Shown here: in pieces, positions 9,181 through 18,115 of the stretch
How the letters are laid out: the number at the start of each line of letters is the position of its first letter
Position numbering within the stretch: the first letter of the stretch is position 1
Origin: an uncultured Saprospiraceae bacterium
GTDB lineage: Bacteria; Actinomycetota; Acidimicrobiia; Spongiisociales; UBA5794
Length of the DNA stretch: 64,000 nt
Assembly (NCBI GenBank): GCA_964195515.1
Contig: CAXMQO010000041.1
Coordinates: forward strand, 4,368-68,367
Direction: 5' to 3'
Translations under genes and position numbers: made by a program
Notes under the pieces: generated by a model
What the model was told of the DNA's origin: nothing
The model's database searches: none
The model's input: only the letters and a program-made list of their open reading frames with translations

Positions 9181-9823
9181 GCTCGAATTGTGCGGCAACC
9201 AACACCGCCGCCGCGAGTGTGTCGGCGAGGGGTACTCCGGCGTCTTCGAGGCGGATGCGGTGATGCGAGCCTCCGTCGTACAACACGCAGGCGGTCCCTG
9301 CGACAAGTGCGGCGGCAGCATCATCGAGAGAATCGCCGATCATGACCACGGATGTCGCGTCCACATCGAGTTCCGAGAGGTGACGGAGCAGGTGTGCCGC
9401 CTTCTCTCCTCCAGCGTCGTCGCGGTTCCCCTGGACCAGGGTCATCCGCTCGGTCAGACCACGGCGCTCCACACAGGCCGTCAGGTCCTCCTCCCACCAC
9501 ATGGACAGGATCGACTGGCTCCATCCGCGCGCTTCCACGGCATCGATCGCATCGATCGCATCACCGGCGAGAGGAACGCGATCCAGCGCTGCGCCGTATC
9601 GCTCATGGAACACCCGGTCGAGGGTGGACCACTCCTCGTCCGAGATCGATCTCTTGAGGAGTCCAACGTAGAACTGATCGACCGGCCGGGTGTAGTGCTC
9701 GCGGTAGTCGTCCTCGTCGATCGGCGACTCTCCGATCGCGTCGAGCGCGGCATTCACCGACTCCACGACGATTGGCAGATCGTCGACGAGTGTGCCGTTC
9801 CAGTCCCAAACCACGTGGATCAC
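9173..9823 (-). CDS. HAD-superfamily hydrolase
   Basis: 216 aa. Motif I is VVWDWNGTLVDD and the late motif is MIGDSLDD. GTG start. Confidence 0.75.
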   Translation of the reverse strand: MIHVVWDWNGTLVDDLPIVVESVNAALDAIGESPIDEDDYREHYTRPVDQFYVGLLKRSISDEEWSTLDRVFHERYGAALDRVPLAGDAIDAIDAVEARGWSQSILSMWWEEDLTACVERRGLTERMTLVQGNRDDAGGEKAAHLLRHLSELDVDATSVVMIGDSLDDAAAALVAGTACVLYDGGSHHRIRLEDAGVPLADTLAAAVLVAAQFEHG

Positions 9824-9849
9824 GAGCCAGCAGGTTAGGTTGACGCCCG

Positions 9850-10923
9850 ATGCGATCGTATGAAATCGGCGATGAAGAGCTTGACGAGGCCGTGGATGCC
9901 CTCGTCGACGGGGCAGCGACTCAAGGTGGCAGCGACAACGCTGACCTCGTCCGAGAGTTGATCGTGACCTCGCTGAAGCTGCTCCGCGATGGTACCGACC
10001 GTGGCGACGTGAAGCTCATGAACCACACGCTCAAGGAGCTCCGATACTCCTTCCTCATCTTCCGACGCTACCGGGAGGTTCGCAAGGTCACGATGTACGG
10101 ATCGGCGCGGGTCGAGTCCCATGATCCCAACTACGAACTGGCTGCCGAATTCGCCAGACGTATGGTCGACCGGCACCGCTGGATGGTCGTCACGGGCGCC
10201 GGACCGGGGATCATGGAGGCCGGCAACCGGGGCGCAGGCAGCGACTACTCGTTCGGCGTCAACGTACGGCTCCCGTTCGAGGCCGGTGCGAATCCGTGGG
10301 TCCACGAGAGCCGTCTCATCAACTACAAGTACTTCTTCACCCGCAAGCTCACCTTTGTCAAGGAGTCCGATGCCTTTGTTCTGTTCCCCGGCGGGTTCGG
10401 CACCCTCGACGAGGCTTTCGAACTCCTGACCCTGATCCAGACCGGCAAGGCCGATGTACACCCCGTGGTCATGTTGGAGGCACCGGGGACCGGATACTGG
10501 GATCCGTGGGTCCGTCTCGTCGACACACTCGTCGAACAAGGGTTGATCGCATCCGACGACCTGAACCTGTTCACCGTGACCAGCGACCTCGACGAGGCGA
10601 TCGACGAGATCCGCTCGTTCTACGCGGTGTACCACTCGCAGCGGTACGTCGACGGCGACCTCATTCTGCGGCTCAATGTTGAGCCAAGCGATGCGCTGGT
10701 CGAAGAGCTCAACGATCAGTTCGCCGACATCGTCCGGACCGGCCGAATCGTGAAGGTTGGAGCGACGCAGGCCGAGATCGCGACGGATGATCAGGTCGGC
10801 CTTCCCAGACTTCGGTTCCGGTTCGACCGGCGGCATCTCGGGCGCCTTCGATGTCTGATTGATCATCTCAACGGGATGGATCGGCCGATTCTGCGAGAAC
10901 CGAAGGAACCGCAACAGTTGTAG
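9850..10923 (+). CDS. LOG-family / PpnN-like nucleotide 5'-monophosphate nucleosidase (TIGR00730-type Rossmann protein)
   Basis: 357 aa. LOG signatures TGAGPGIMEAGNRGA and PGGFGTLDE, plus N- and C-terminal extensions as in the long PpnN-type members. Confidence 0.8.
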   Translation: MRSYEIGDEELDEAVDALVDGAATQGGSDNADLVRELIVTSLKLLRDGTDRGDVKLMNHTLKELRYSFLIFRRYREVRKVTMYGSARVESHDPNYELAAEFARRMVDRHRWMVVTGAGPGIMEAGNRGAGSDYSFGVNVRLPFEAGANPWVHESRLINYKYFFTRKLTFVKESDAFVLFPGGFGTLDEAFELLTLIQTGKADVHPVVMLEAPGTGYWDPWVRLVDTLVEQGLIASDDLNLFTVTSDLDEAIDEIRSFYAVYHSQRYVDGDLILRLNVEPSDALVEELNDQFADIVRTGRIVKVGATQAEIATDDQVGLPRLRFRFDRRHLGRLRCLIDHLNGMDRPILREPKEPQQL

Positions 10924-10934
10924 AATCTCTTGTC

Positions 10935-11717
10935 ATGAGGGAAATCCTTTCAGACCTCGTCGCGGAAGAGCAGCAACTGGACCAATTCCTCCAGAGCCTG
11001 TCGACACGCGAGTGGAAGTGGAACACGCCGGCCGCCGGATGGACGATCCAGGACCAGGTGAGTCATCTTGCCCATTTGGAGGGTTTCGCCGCAGAGGTCA
11101 TCGCCGAGGGCCAGGCGCGCATCGATGCAGAGAAGATCACGGACCTCGATGAGTGGACCGCCAAGGGTCCCGCCGAGGGGGTGGGCCAACGTCACCAGGA
11201 AGTCATCGAGTGGTGGCGCCACGGACGCGCCGATGTCGTCGACGCCCTCTCTCGTATGGTCGCGACGGACCGCATTCCATGGATCTATGGCGACATGAGC
11301 GCGAAGAGCTTCGCCACGATGCGCCTCATGGAGACCTGGGCACATGGTCTCGATATCAAGGTCGCGATCCTTGAGCGGATCACGCCGCTCCCAGAAGACG
11401 AACTCGAAGAGGACGAAGAGGACTCGTTGGCTGACACGCCACGGCTCCGCCACATCGCGTGGCTCGGGCACAAGAGCCTCCCATTTTCATTCAAAGAAGC
11501 CGGAGAGACGTTCCCCAAGCAGGGGATCCGCGTCGAACTCATGGGTCCGAAGTACACCGCATGGCGCTTCGGGCCTGAGGACACCGACCAGGTCATCCGG
11601 GGGATGGCCGGCGATTGGTGCCGGGTCGTCGTGCAGCGTCAGGATGCATCCGATACGGGGCTGAAGGCTGTCGGCGAATCGGCCGAGCGGGCCCTCGAGA
11701 TCGCCCGGATCTACTAA
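10935..11717 (+). CDS. DinB-fold, mycothiol-dependent maleylpyruvate-isomerase-family protein
   Basis: 260 aa. The N-terminal pattern (WTIQDQVSHLAHLE ... METWAHGLD) matches the mycothiol-dependent MDMPI/TIGR03084-type family as I remember it. Confidence 0.7.
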   Translation: MREILSDLVAEEQQLDQFLQSLSTREWKWNTPAAGWTIQDQVSHLAHLEGFAAEVIAEGQARIDAEKITDLDEWTAKGPAEGVGQRHQEVIEWWRHGRADVVDALSRMVATDRIPWIYGDMSAKSFATMRLMETWAHGLDIKVAILERITPLPEDELEEDEEDSLADTPRLRHIAWLGHKSLPFSFKEAGETFPKQGIRVELMGPKYTAWRFGPEDTDQVIRGMAGDWCRVVVQRQDASDTGLKAVGESAERALEIARIY

Positions 11718-11721
11718 AACG

Positions 11722-12489
11722 GTGTCACTCCCACGCCTCGTCGGCATGGTCCACCTCGAACCCCTCCCGGGCGCACCCGCCTACGGCGGTTCGATGGATG
11801 CCGTCCTCGACCGTGCCCGCTCAGATGCACAGGCAATCGCAGCCGCCGGATTCGATGGGATCATGGTCGAGAACTTCGGCGACGCGCCGTTCTTCACCGA
11901 CGATGCCCCGAAGGTGACGATCGCCGCGATGACACGCGCCGTCGCCGAAGTCGCAACCGCCGGGCTACCCACCGGGGTCAACGTTCTGCGGAACGACGGT
12001 CTCGGCGCACTCGCCGTCGCCGCTGCCACCGGAGCGCAGTTCATCAGGATCAATGTCCTGTCGGGCACGATGTACACGGACCAGGGTCCGATCGTGGGCG
12101 CGGCGGCGCTGATCGCCCGGGCGAGACGGGAGCTGTGTCCCGAAACGGCCATCATGGCCGACGTGTTTGTGAAGCACGCGACGCCTCCCGCCGGGTTGAC
12201 GCTCATCGACGCGACCAACGACCTCGTCGAGCGCGGCGGGGCCGATGCCGTGATCGTATCGGGCGCCGGCACCGGAGCAGCGACGAGCCTCGACGATCTC
12301 ATGACCGTGGCCAACCGATCCCACCTCCCGGTCTTCGTCGGGTCGGGAGCCACCGCTGCGACAATCCGCGACATCCTCGCCATCGGCTACGGCGCGATCG
12401 TCGGTTCGGATACGAAGATCGGCGGTGTTGCCACGAATCCGGTGGACCCGGAACGGGCAGCAGCAGTGGTCCAAGCAGCCTCGGTTTGA
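11722..12489 (+). CDS. BtpA/SgcQ-family TIM-barrel protein
   Basis: 255 aa. The N-terminal GMVHLEPLPGAP... and MVENFGDAPF motifs are typical of BtpA. The start could be GTG 11722 or ATG 11746. Confidence 0.8.
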   Translation: MSLPRLVGMVHLEPLPGAPAYGGSMDAVLDRARSDAQAIAAAGFDGIMVENFGDAPFFTDDAPKVTIAAMTRAVAEVATAGLPTGVNVLRNDGLGALAVAAATGAQFIRINVLSGTMYTDQGPIVGAAALIARARRELCPETAIMADVFVKHATPPAGLTLIDATNDLVERGGADAVIVSGAGTGAATSLDDLMTVANRSHLPVFVGSGATAATIRDILAIGYGAIVGSDTKIGGVATNPVDPERAAAVVQAASV

Positions 12490-12656
12490 TCTCGGGTTGC
12501 CGGAAATCGCCCGGATCGACGTCCTCGGGTAGGGGCGACCACGTCGATGATCACTCCCCCCCCCACCCACCCACCGTCGTCGCAGGCTCGAGCGACGCCG
12601 CTTCGAGTGGGTGCGACCGGTGGTGGCGCCCGTATTGCTCGATGTGAGGCAGGTGA

Positions 12657-12675
12657 CGCGCTCCGGAAGAGCGCG
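12657..12675 (-). terminator. stem-loop immediately after the small ORF stop
   Basis: CGCGCTC-CGGAA-GAGCGCG (7 bp stem) begins 2 nt after the stop at 12678. It has no clear U tract. Confidence 0.35.
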
Positions 12676-12677
12676 GA

Positions 12678-12872
12678 TCAGCTACTCCCATCACCGTCCT
12701 CGGCGACCTCCACCCACACGCCATCGCGAATCCGCCGCAGGGTCATCTCCCTGCCGCCAAGACACTCGGGTTCCTGCCACCACCTGGCCTTCGCAAGTTC
12801 GATCCAGTGGGGCCAGAGGGAGCCGTGTTCGCAGGGCTGACTGTGATCCCGCACACTGATCGTGTCACTCAT
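12678..12872 (-). CDS. small Cys/His/Trp-rich hypothetical protein (64 aa)
   Basis: GAGGAGGA lies ~11 nt upstream of the ATG. GC3 is about 0.78, which looks like coding. A stem-loop follows directly after the stop. I could not assign a family. Confidence 0.45.
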   Translation of the reverse strand: MSDTISVRDHSQPCEHGSLWPHWIELAKARWWQEPECLGGREMTLRRIRDGVWVEVAEDGDGSS

Positions 12873-12896
12873 CGACTTCGACTTCCTCCTCGACCT

Positions 12897-13106
12897 TCAC
12901 CGATCGCTCCCTCCACGGGCGACCTTGGACCCGTTCGCCGCATCGTCGCCGCCGGTCGCGAAAGAACGGCTGCCGAAGTCCTCCGCCGGTGGAGCAGCGG
13001 GCCCCGTCGTACGAAGAGAGGCTTCAATTGAGTCGATCTCCTTCCGGTTCGTCACCTTCCAATGGTCGCGACGCTTCCGTCCGACCGCTAGCACACCTCG
13101 ATCCAA
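12897..13106 (-). CDS. possible small basic/disordered protein (69 aa, TTG start)
   Basis: GAAGGAGG lies 5 nt upstream of TTG 13106. GC3 is about 0.7. It sits between the 200 aa membrane protein gene and the 64 aa ORF on the same strand. Confidence 0.25.
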   Translation of the reverse strand: MDRGVLAVGRKRRDHWKVTNRKEIDSIEASLRTTGPAAPPAEDFGSRSFATGGDDAANGSKVARGGSDR

Positions 13107-13129
13107 CCGCGCCTCCTTCGTCCCTCGGC

Positions 13130-13732
13130 TCACCTGGACAAGAGTTTCACCACGATATTCGTCGTGAGCGCCAGGACGCAGCCGATGAGGATGAGCAGCG
13201 CGGGGACGAACCACACCGTGGTCATCCGCTCGCTCGGGAGGACGTCGCCCCACGCGCCGACCGACTCGAAAGCCGATCGCCCCAAGGGCACGCATCCGTC
13301 CGTCGGAGCGAATCTCACGGCAACCGTCGCGAAACCACCACCGGTGCGTAGTCCGTAGCACGTGCCGTCCGCGGTCGGCTGAGGGTGGGTCGCTACCGAA
13401 ATCGTTCGGCCCTCGACCGGGAACTCGTACAAGCGGAGGCCGTCCGCGATGGCGACAGCCTCGAGTGAAGCATCGCCGCGCCACACGGACTGGTACGCAG
13501 CATTTAGGCGATCTGCCAGCGCCTGCGCCTCCGGGTAGTCGGCCGTTGGCACGTCTGCGAACGGCACCAGCAGCAGCATCACCACGATGAGGCCGCCGAT
13601 GAGGACGAGGTTCCGCGCGAAACGACGTTTCGGCGGCGGAGGTTTCGGAGGAGCGCTGCGGGCGCCGAGGCGATGGACGCGATGCTCGAACGAGAATTGA
13701 CTCAGGTCGTCATCGCGGGATGAATCGTCCAT
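13130..13732 (-). CDS. hypothetical membrane protein (acidic N-terminus, Pro/Lys linker, two TM segments flanking an extracytoplasmic domain)
   Basis: 200 aa. TM segments are LVLIGGLIVVMLLLVPF and VWFVPALLILIGCVLALTT. No recognisable family. Confidence 0.55.
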   Translation of the reverse strand: MDDSSRDDDLSQFSFEHRVHRLGARSAPPKPPPPKRRFARNLVLIGGLIVVMLLLVPFADVPTADYPEAQALADRLNAAYQSVWRGDASLEAVAIADGLRLYEFPVEGRTISVATHPQPTADGTCYGLRTGGGFATVAVRFAPTDGCVPLGRSAFESVGAWGDVLPSERMTTVWFVPALLILIGCVLALTTNIVVKLLSR

Positions 13733-14333
13733 GTCTCCAATACCGGGCAGACTATGCCCCAGTCCTCACGGTGTGAATCGGTTCTCTTCGATTCGGTCAT
13801 GGGTCCACTTCTGGAACCCGAATTCAGTCTGCTCCATGGAAACCGGTATCGGCATGAAATACTCCTGCCGACGACGGTGCCCTACGACCTCAGGGGCACC
13901 TCCACACCCTCGCTCTGTGGCCGCACCAACCCTACGCCCCGGAATCGATCTCCACCAGGAGGCTCTCGACCGGCAGGGCGAGAAGGCACAGCGCCAACGG
14001 CACAAATCAACGAGTGGTGGAATGACTCGGCTGGGGTGCGGCGCATTGGTGAGGACAGCGGTGAGGTTGGCCACGCGATTGACATCCTGTGTCGCTGCTC
14101 CGAAACGGCAACCCTGTCATGACGTCCAGGGACAGCCATCGAGCATCAACTCCTCGAATCGGACTGACGATCTCCGGGGTATCATCGTCTATCAACGATT
14201 TAGGAGCCTTATGACCCTACCGGGCCGGAGGTTGTTCCTCCTACGGTTGCGGCGGAGGTAGACGAATGTCTATGCGTGTCAGCCGACCATTGGTGCTTGC
14301 CGCCCCGGCAGCGCCCGAGATGTGGTGGATTGC

Positions 14334-14825
14334 ATGAGGATCCGGACCGGAACTGGTCTCGCCATGCTGCTCGTCATCCTCGCGATCGGCAGCGGCTGCA
14401 GCGGACTCCAGTCGGCACCCCCGCGCTCTGCTCCGGCCCCCGGTGACCTCATCGGACTACGCATCGAGGTCCACGAAGCGCCCGGCTGAGGATGCTGTAC
14501 ACAGTGGGTCGGGTACCTGCAGGAGAACGGAGCGGAAGTCGACCAGTTGGAGGAGCCGAACCTCGCGGCATTCAAGGAAGAAGTGGGTGTCCCGGTTGAA
14601 GCAAGCTCGTGTCACACGGCACTCGTCGACGGCTACGTCGTCGAAGGCCACGTCCCCGTGCGTGCCTTGGTTGCCTTGCTCGACGAACAACCAGCAGCAG
14701 TCGGCATCGCACTTGTGGGGATGCCAGCGGACGCTCCCGGCATGGGTGGCAACGAGGAGACGTGGAACACCCAACCCGTCGTGCTCATCAACCACGACGG
14801 ATCGATCGAGCCGTTCGACTACTGA
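14334..14825 (+). pseudogene. DUF411/CopG-family copper-binding lipoprotein gene interrupted by an in-frame TGA (nonsense or Sec candidate)
   Basis: ATG 14334 encodes the lipoprotein signal MRIRTGTGLAMLLVILAIGSGC. The same frame continues through TGA 14487-14489 into GCCTQWVGYL...SCHTALVDGYVVEGHVP...GMPADAPGM, which is the DUF411 core. The ORF track only lists the distal part, 14547..14825. Confidence 0.6.
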
Positions 14826-15236
14826 GAAGGCACACTCGGCGCAGACGTGGAGGAAGATCGGGCAAGGGGATCTGAGCTACCCGACGCGCTGCGCGCAGCC
14901 GACCCGTCCCTCAACCGACAACAAACATCATGTTGGCCGTCTACCGCCGTGCCCGAACCCCGGTTCTACCCCACCGCCGGAGTAATGGCGTCGCCCGACT
15001 TCTTACACACCAGGGCGTGCGTAAGACGATTATGTAGTTCACCGACACCTCAACTTCACATTGAAGGTTCGGCCGCCAACCCCATCGGTTGAGGGATTCA
15101 GCGAAGTCTCGACTTGCCCATGAGGGTTGCCGCTCTGGCCCGTTTCGCGACAAGGGTCTGCGATGGGTCCATCGAACGGAACACCGAATACCGCATGTGC
15201 GCAAGCTCCCCCACCCCGCGAGCGAACACCGAGTAC

Positions 15237-15252
15237 GCCGCCGTGAGGCGGC
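15237..15252 (-). terminator. GC stem-loop downstream of the DUF971 gene
   Basis: GCCGCC-GTGA-GGCGGC lies 7 nt after the stop at 15259. No U tract. Confidence 0.3.
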
Positions 15253-15258
15253 CACGGC

Positions 15259-15546
15259 CTACGGATCCCCCAGTTGGCGGAGGGTCCAATACGGATAGAG
15301 CCCGTCGGCGTGTCCGTCGGCGAACGTGAAACGCACGGCGTAGCCGCCGATCAGGTGCGCGTCGACGATCGACGAGCGGTTGCCGATCTGGATGATCGAC
15401 GGTGCCTTCGCTTCATGCTCTCGGCACTCGGCACACGGACACGATGCACGCAGCCGATCGCTCGGGATCATCGTTGAGATGTCATCCGTCCACGTGATCG
15501 TCACCGAGTCTGCGTCGACACTGATCCGTTCCGGTTCGTGATCCAT
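15259..15546 (-). CDS. DUF971-family protein
   Basis: 95 aa. The pattern ...LRASCPCAECRE... and the length are typical of DUF971 (gamma-butyrobetaine-hydroxylase-N-like). Confidence 0.75.
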   Translation of the reverse strand: MDHEPERISVDADSVTITWTDDISTMIPSDRLRASCPCAECREHEAKAPSIIQIGNRSSIVDAHLIGGYAVRFTFADGHADGLYPYWTLRQLGDP

Positions 15547-15572
15547 GGCTGAAACCGTAGTAGCCCCCTATC

Positions 15573-16817
15573 GTGACCGGCATGTCCGTACCGCAACTTC
15601 ACATCCGTCCCGGGAATCCAGACTTTCTGGATCTTCCGTGGGATCTAGCAATCTCGGATTGGGACGACCCGCATCTCGTCGACATGCCGACCGGGATTCA
15701 CCGCCACCCCGTCGTGTTCGTCGCATTCGATGAGGGTGTCTACGCCATCAAGGAACTCCCGGTGCGGTTGGCCACTCACGAATTCGAGACACTACGAACC
15801 CTGTCCGAGCGCACGACTCGATCCGGACGTCCCGCTGGACTCGTCATTCGGCCGTGGGCCGACCCACACGAGGAGTACTCCGGTGCCATCATCACGCGCT
15901 TCGTCGACTACGCGTTCCCCTATCGCGAGTTGGTCTCCGGTGGTGGTTTCGGAGCCCGACGCACGCAGATGCTCGACGCCTTCGCCGGTTTGCTCGTTGA
16001 ACTCCACCTCGCCGGTTGTTTCTGGGGCGACTGCTCTCTTTCCAACGTTCTCTACCGGTATGACGCAGGTTTGATCGAAGCCGTCATGGTCGATGCCGAG
16101 ACGTCCCGGTTGTACGACATCCTGAGTGATGGCCAGCGCCGTGAGGACATCGAGATCATGCAGATCAATCTCGCCGGGGACATGGCCGATGTCGCAGCTT
16201 CTCAAGGCTACGACCTCGATTCGGCGGACCTGGAACTCGGCTTCGACATCACCGAACGCTACGTCGCTCTCTGGCGGGAACTGACGACCGATCTCGTCAT
16301 CACTCCACATGAGCGATACCGCATCCGCGAGCGCGTCGGTCGCTTGAACGACCTCGGCTTCGCCGTCGACGACGTCGACGTGATCCCGTTCGGATCGTCG
16401 AGTCGGATCCGAATCTCGGTGAGCGTCGGGGGACGCACGTTCCACTCGCAACGACTCCGTGAGTTGACCGGGATCGACGCCGCTGAGAATCAGGCACAGC
16501 AGGTCCTCAGCGACGTCAGATACCACGATGCGAAGCATGGGGAGAAGGGCGAAAAGGGATCCGTCACCGGCAAGGCGGTCGCCACGATGCACTGGCGAAT
16601 CAACCGATTCGAACCGTTCACGCGACGGATCGCTGAGATCAAGCCGGAAATCGACCCGATCCAGGGCTTCTGCGATTTCCTGAACTTCCGATACTCCATC
16701 GCTTCGGCTCGCGGGAAAGACACCGAGAGCGGGGTTGCGTTCGAGGAGTGGATCGAAGCCGGCCTGCCCGGATTCGATCCCGCGATCACATCCCAGGAAC
16801 CGGACTCGCTCCCGTAA
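15573..16817 (+). CDS. DUF4032-family protein (kinase-like fold)
   Basis: 414 aa. Resembles actinobacterial/cyanobacterial DUF4032 as remembered (LHLAGCFWGDCSLSNVLYR..., VDAETS). The start could instead be ATG 15582. Confidence 0.65.
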   Translation: MTGMSVPQLHIRPGNPDFLDLPWDLAISDWDDPHLVDMPTGIHRHPVVFVAFDEGVYAIKELPVRLATHEFETLRTLSERTTRSGRPAGLVIRPWADPHEEYSGAIITRFVDYAFPYRELVSGGGFGARRTQMLDAFAGLLVELHLAGCFWGDCSLSNVLYRYDAGLIEAVMVDAETSRLYDILSDGQRREDIEIMQINLAGDMADVAASQGYDLDSADLELGFDITERYVALWRELTTDLVITPHERYRIRERVGRLNDLGFAVDDVDVIPFGSSSRIRISVSVGGRTFHSQRLRELTGIDAAENQAQQVLSDVRYHDAKHGEKGEKGSVTGKAVATMHWRINRFEPFTRRIAEIKPEIDPIQGFCDFLNFRYSIASARGKDTESGVAFEEWIEAGLPGFDPAITSQEPDSLP

Positions 16818-17553
16818 CTCCGCCGTCCACGGGCAACACGACGCCGGTGATCCATGACGCCGCCTCCGATGCCAGAAACGCGACAGCGGCCGCCACGTCG
16901 GCCGGTTCGCCGATCCGCTTGAGTGGATGAAGCGAGGCGGTGTGTTCTTCCATCCCGTCCCAGAGCATGGATGACAGCCTCGTACGCACCACCGAAGGGG
17001 CCACTGCGTTGACGCGAACGCGCGGGGCCATCTCGAACGCCAACTGACGGGTGAGATGGATGAGCGCGGCTTTCGAGACGTTGTAAGCCCCGAGGGCTGT
17101 ACCGGGTTGCATCCCCCCGACCGACGAGACGTTAACGATCGAACCGCCCGACTTCTGCATCGCTTGATGCCACACCTCGCGGGACCAGACCAGGGGCCCT
17201 CGCTGATTCACCGCCCAGGTCTTATCGATCGCACCAAGATCCACGTCGGTAAGTGGCCCGGCAGAGGGATTTGTCCCTGCGTTGTTGATGAGGATGTCAC
17301 AAGCGCCGAACCGACCGATCACCGCCGTGATGGCGGAAGCCGCGGCGTCCGGATCGTCGACGCGAGCCTCGATCGGGAGAAGTCGATCCGGTTCTCCGAG
17401 ACGCTCGGCTGTGGCCACAAGATTCTCGGCCCTGCGCGACGTGATGGCGACTCCGCGAGCCCCCGATGCGAGGAACTCGGCGGCGAGCCCTTCGCCAATC
17501 CCTCGGCTCCCACCGGTCACAAGGACTACCTGCTCGTCGAATCGAATCTCCAT
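16786..17553 (-). CDS. SDR-family oxidoreductase (FabG-like)
   Basis: 255 aa with VLVTGGSRGIG, NNAG and YNVSKAA (YxxxK). Confidence 0.85.
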   Translation of the reverse strand: MEIRFDEQVVLVTGGSRGIGEGLAAEFLASGARGVAITSRRAENLVATAERLGEPDRLLPIEARVDDPDAAASAITAVIGRFGACDILINNAGTNPSAGPLTDVDLGAIDKTWAVNQRGPLVWSREVWHQAMQKSGGSIVNVSSVGGMQPGTALGAYNVSKAALIHLTRQLAFEMAPRVRVNAVAPSVVRTRLSSMLWDGMEEHTASLHPLKRIGEPADVAAAVAFLASEAASWITGVVLPVDGGVTGASPVPGM

Positions 17554-17564
17554 GCGTCCTCCGT

Positions 17565-18101
17565 TCAGTGTCCACCACGGCGAACGCCACCGTACTTCAT
17601 CCGCGTGTCCTCCATCCGTGCAACCGGAACGTCTCGACCTCCGTCGCGAAAGCCGGCGTCAACGACTTCGCCGAGGAAGAGATCGTGCGTCTTGAATTCC
17701 ACCGTCTGCCACAAGCGACACTCGAGCCATGCGACCGCCTCCTCGAAGATCGGCACGCCGGTGGCGCCTTCGCGAACCGGGCGTCCATTCAGCATCGAGC
17801 CCACGCGCGCCGCAGGCTTGGAGAACGAGCGGAAGACGCGGGTGTCCTCACGGTCCCAGAGGTTCACGGAGAACGCTTCACCCGCTCGCACGAGCCTGTT
17901 GGTGATGGCCTTGCGATCAACAGCGATCGCAATCAGGACGGGGTCCATAGAGACCTGGGTCACCCAGGACTGGGTCATCCCATTCCATTCGTCGCCGGAG
18001 CGCGAACCGACGAGACAGAGCGCGTTCGGGATCGTCCAGGTGACTGCGTTGAGGGTCTCTGCTTCCACGGTTGATCTCCGAGTCTTCGCCAGTGCGCCCA
18101 C
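17565..18101 (-). CDS. flavin reductase-like FMN-binding split-barrel protein
   Basis: 178 aa. The pattern LCLVGSRSGDEWNGMTQSWVTQVS is typical of the flavin reductase domain. Confidence 0.75.
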   Translation of the reverse strand: MGALAKTRRSTVEAETLNAVTWTIPNALCLVGSRSGDEWNGMTQSWVTQVSMDPVLIAIAVDRKAITNRLVRAGEAFSVNLWDREDTRVFRSFSKPAARVGSMLNGRPVREGATGVPIFEEAVAWLECRLWQTVEFKTHDLFLGEVVDAGFRDGGRDVPVARMEDTRMKYGGVRRGGH

Positions 18102-18115
18102 CCTAGGATGACTCC

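Noticed and set aside
12678-12872. Possible MbtH-like identity of the 64 aa ORF, based on the HGSLWP...W...W pattern.
   Set aside because: The similarity is limited to SLWP and a few tryptophans. The spacing differs from the MbtH signature as I remember it, and no NRPS genes are nearby.
14487-14560. A SECIS element downstream of the in-frame TGA of the DUF411 gene.
   Set aside because: By eye I found only weak or long-range pairings (GUAC/GUAC 4 bp, and GGUCG/CGACC with a 28-nt loop). None resembles the compact stem-loop about 11 nt after the UGA that I expect. A SECIS is therefore not claimed.
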